Assembly (NCBI GenBank): GCA_903954205.1
Contig: CAJBMR010000261.1
Coordinates: 1-29,012 of the forward strand
Direction of reading: 5' to 3'
Source: an uncultured bacterium
Lineage (GTDB): Bacteria > Actinomycetota > Actinomycetes > S36-B12
DNA: 29,012 bases
Part shown: one piece after another, positions 26,966 to 29,012 of the stretch
How the letters are laid out: each line of letters begins with the position of its first letter
How positions within the stretch are numbered: position 1 is the first letter of the stretch
Program-made: the position numbers and the translations under genes
The notes under the pieces: model-generated
Seen by the model: the letters and a program-made list of their open reading frames with translations, nothing else
What the model was told of the DNA's origin: nothing
The model's database searches: none

Positions 26966-28916
26966 CTACCCGCGCACTCGAGTGCCCGCGGGATCGTAGA
27001 ACGGGGTTCGACTCCCGCGTGCCACGTGATCGACGCCGCGCACGCGCACGCTCAGTCTCGTGTCCCGGGGGTCGACATCGACGCCCACCACCGCCAGCCC
27101 GATGGCGCTCCCGACCGTGTATCCGAAGGCCCCGCTCGTGAGGCGCCCCACGGGCTCACCGTCGACGCACACCGTCTCCTCGCCCCACAGCCGCACACCC
27201 GGATCCTCCAAGGCCACATGAATGACGCGCGTGGACGGGACCTGGGCACGCTGCTCGAGTGCGCGCTGACCCGCGAATTCGACTTCCTTGTTCCAGGCAA
27301 CCGCGAAGCCCAGTCCGGCCGAGACGGGATCGTCGTAAGGCCCCATGTCATGACCGAGGTGCCGGTAGCCCTTCTCCAGCCGCAGTGAATCCAGCGCGAG
27401 GTAGCCCGCCATGCCGAGCCCCAGATCAGCCCCGGCATCCGACAGCGCGTCCAGCAGATTCACCGACAGATCCGCATCGCAATAGATCTCGAAGCCGAGC
27501 TCGCCGGTGAAACTGACCCTGAGGGCATAGGCGAATCCGTCGCCAATCTCGACGCGACGCCCTGCGAAGTAGGGATGGGCTTCGGCAGACCAGTCGTCGG
27601 GAGAAACGCGCGTCAGCAGGTCGCGGCTGCGAGGACCGAAGACGCCGAGGACGGCGGTGCCCGCCGTGAGATCGGTCACCGTGGCAGCCTGGTCCCGCGA
27701 CCGTCGTCTGAGGAGCCACAGCATGCGGTGCCGGCTCGATGTCGGCGTCACCACAAGGAAGCGGTCGGCAGCCACGCGTGTGACGGTGCCGTCCGCCTCG
27801 ATGCCGCCGTGGTCGTTGAGGAAGAGGGTGTACGCCGCCCGGTCGACGGGCAGATCCACGTCTGCGCTGGCGGCGAACTGAAGGGCCTCGACCGCACCCG
27901 CGCCAGCAACCTCGAACTTCGCAAACCCACTGAGGTCGATCACCCCCACGGCCTCGCGCACCGTCGCGTGCTCTCGGCCGACGACGTCATGCCATCCGGG
28001 GCGACGGAAGTCGTAGGCATCGACGAGTGCGGGAGGACCAAACCACAGGGGACGCTCGAGTCCGTTCAACTCCCCCATCACCGCGTCGGCTTCGACGTGG
28101 CGCTGATAGAGCGGAGTGCGCCGAACACCTCGCGGGGTCTCAGACTGGTAGCCGGGCCAGTGCATCGCGTAGAGGCGCCCGAGGCTCTCGCGCGTCCGCT
28201 CGTGGAGGTAGCGACGATTGGCCTGGTGGGGGGAGAACCGCTGCACATCGACGGCACTGGAGTCAAAGCATGGCGCTCCGGACAAGATCCAGCGCGCGAG
28301 TTCGCGACCGACGCCCGGCGCATAGATGATGCCCTGCGAATTCATGCCCGCGGCGACGAAGAGCCCCGCGACCTCGGCCGTCTCCCCCATGATCAGGGTG
28401 GTGTCGGGGGTGAAGCTCTCGGGGGCGTTGACGAAACGGTCGTAGCCTGCCGATGCGAGCGGTGGCACTGCGCGTTCGGCCGCGGCCCGGATGTCGCCGA
28501 TGTGTTCCCAGTCGGCATCGAACATCGCATGCCCGTCCGAGGCGATATCCGATGTCGGGCGCGGGACGCCGCGGGGCTCGAACGCCCCGAGGAGGAGGGC
28601 ATCACCCTCGGGGCGGATGTAGTAGCTGTTGTCGACGTCGCGCAGCACGGGGAGCCCGGAAACGTCAGCGCCAAGCGCATTCGAGCGCACATGCACGTGC
28701 TCGGCGGCGTAGAGGGGCACGGCGACACCCACTGTCGCAGCGAGGTCACGCGTCCACAGTCCTCCCGCGAGCACCACGGTGCGCGCGCTGATGGCACCGC
28801 GCGTGGTGCGCACGCCGACAGCTCGGCCATCCACGACATCAATCGACGTGACGTCGAGGCCTTCGCGCAGCGTCACGCCGAGCGCATGCGCAGCCTTCGC
28901 CAGTCCGAGCGCCGCC
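26966..28916 (-). CDS. GcvT-family FAD-dependent oxidoreductase (dimethylglycine/sarcosine dehydrogenase-like), 5'-truncated
   Basis: VVLAGGLW, AAEH, VLRD.D...YIR, NAPESFTPD...MGE, GMNSQG, WP......RG.RRTPLY, G.ERP.WF, G.IDLS.F.KF, YT.FLN..GG.EAD.TV, SFTGELGFE, SLRLEKGYRH.G.D. The N-terminal FAD-binding GxGxxG region is missing, and the track's ATG 28939 lies in foreign sequence. Confidence 0.9.
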
Positions 28917-29012
28917 AAACTGGCTTTTGGTAATTCCATAAAGTGAAAACATCTGGTCGTCCCACTCCAAAATATTATTTACAATATCGTAATCCCAAAT
29001 GCCAACGCCACC
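28908..29012 (-). other. AT-rich foreign fragment encoding part of a PAS/PAC sensor domain; probable chimeric junction
   Basis: Minus-strand frame from 29012 reads GGVGIWDYDIVNNILEWDDQMFSLYGITKSQFGGA, a typical PAS_3 start, with AT-rich codons. It joins out of frame to the GC-rich GcvT gene at AGCGCCGCC (28908-28916). Confidence 0.8.

Noticed and set aside
28917-28939. ATG 28939 as the start of the GcvT-family gene
   Set aside because: It lies in the AT-rich foreign segment, and the protein lacks the N-terminal FAD-binding region, so the true start is missing.

Overview
High-GC actinobacterial chromosomal segment. Its core genes follow the conserved actinomycete neighbourhood known from M. 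tuberculosis Rv0861c-Rv0889c (xpb/ercc3, XPB-associated helicase-domain gene, cspB, DUF3027, DUF2530, serC, citA). It also carries pdxH, ideR, a photolyase, a 10-methyl fatty acid (tuberculostearate-type) reductase/methyltransferase pair, a CsoR/CstR-family repressor with its operator, an orphan ParA plus ribbon-helix-helix gene pair, and a GNAT / NSAR-OSBS / M20 trio sitting between xpb and its usual partner gene. No rRNA, tRNA, CRISPR array, transposase or integrase was recognised. The strongest unexplained signal is intergenic (15724-16103): three strictly 52-bp-phased units, each pairing a DnaA-box-like 9-mer with a 14-bp palindrome across fixed-length but sequence-divergent spacers. A -10 box precedes the array, and an unannotated leaderless 28-aa membrane-peptide ORF converges on it. 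Most genes look leaderless (TANNNT/CANNNT 6-7 nt before the start codon), and one palindrome supplies the -10 boxes of two divergent genes. The last ~100 bp are AT-rich, encode a PAS-domain fragment from an unrelated source and truncate a GcvT-family gene; this is probably a chimeric join. All product calls come from motif recognition by eye, with no database search.
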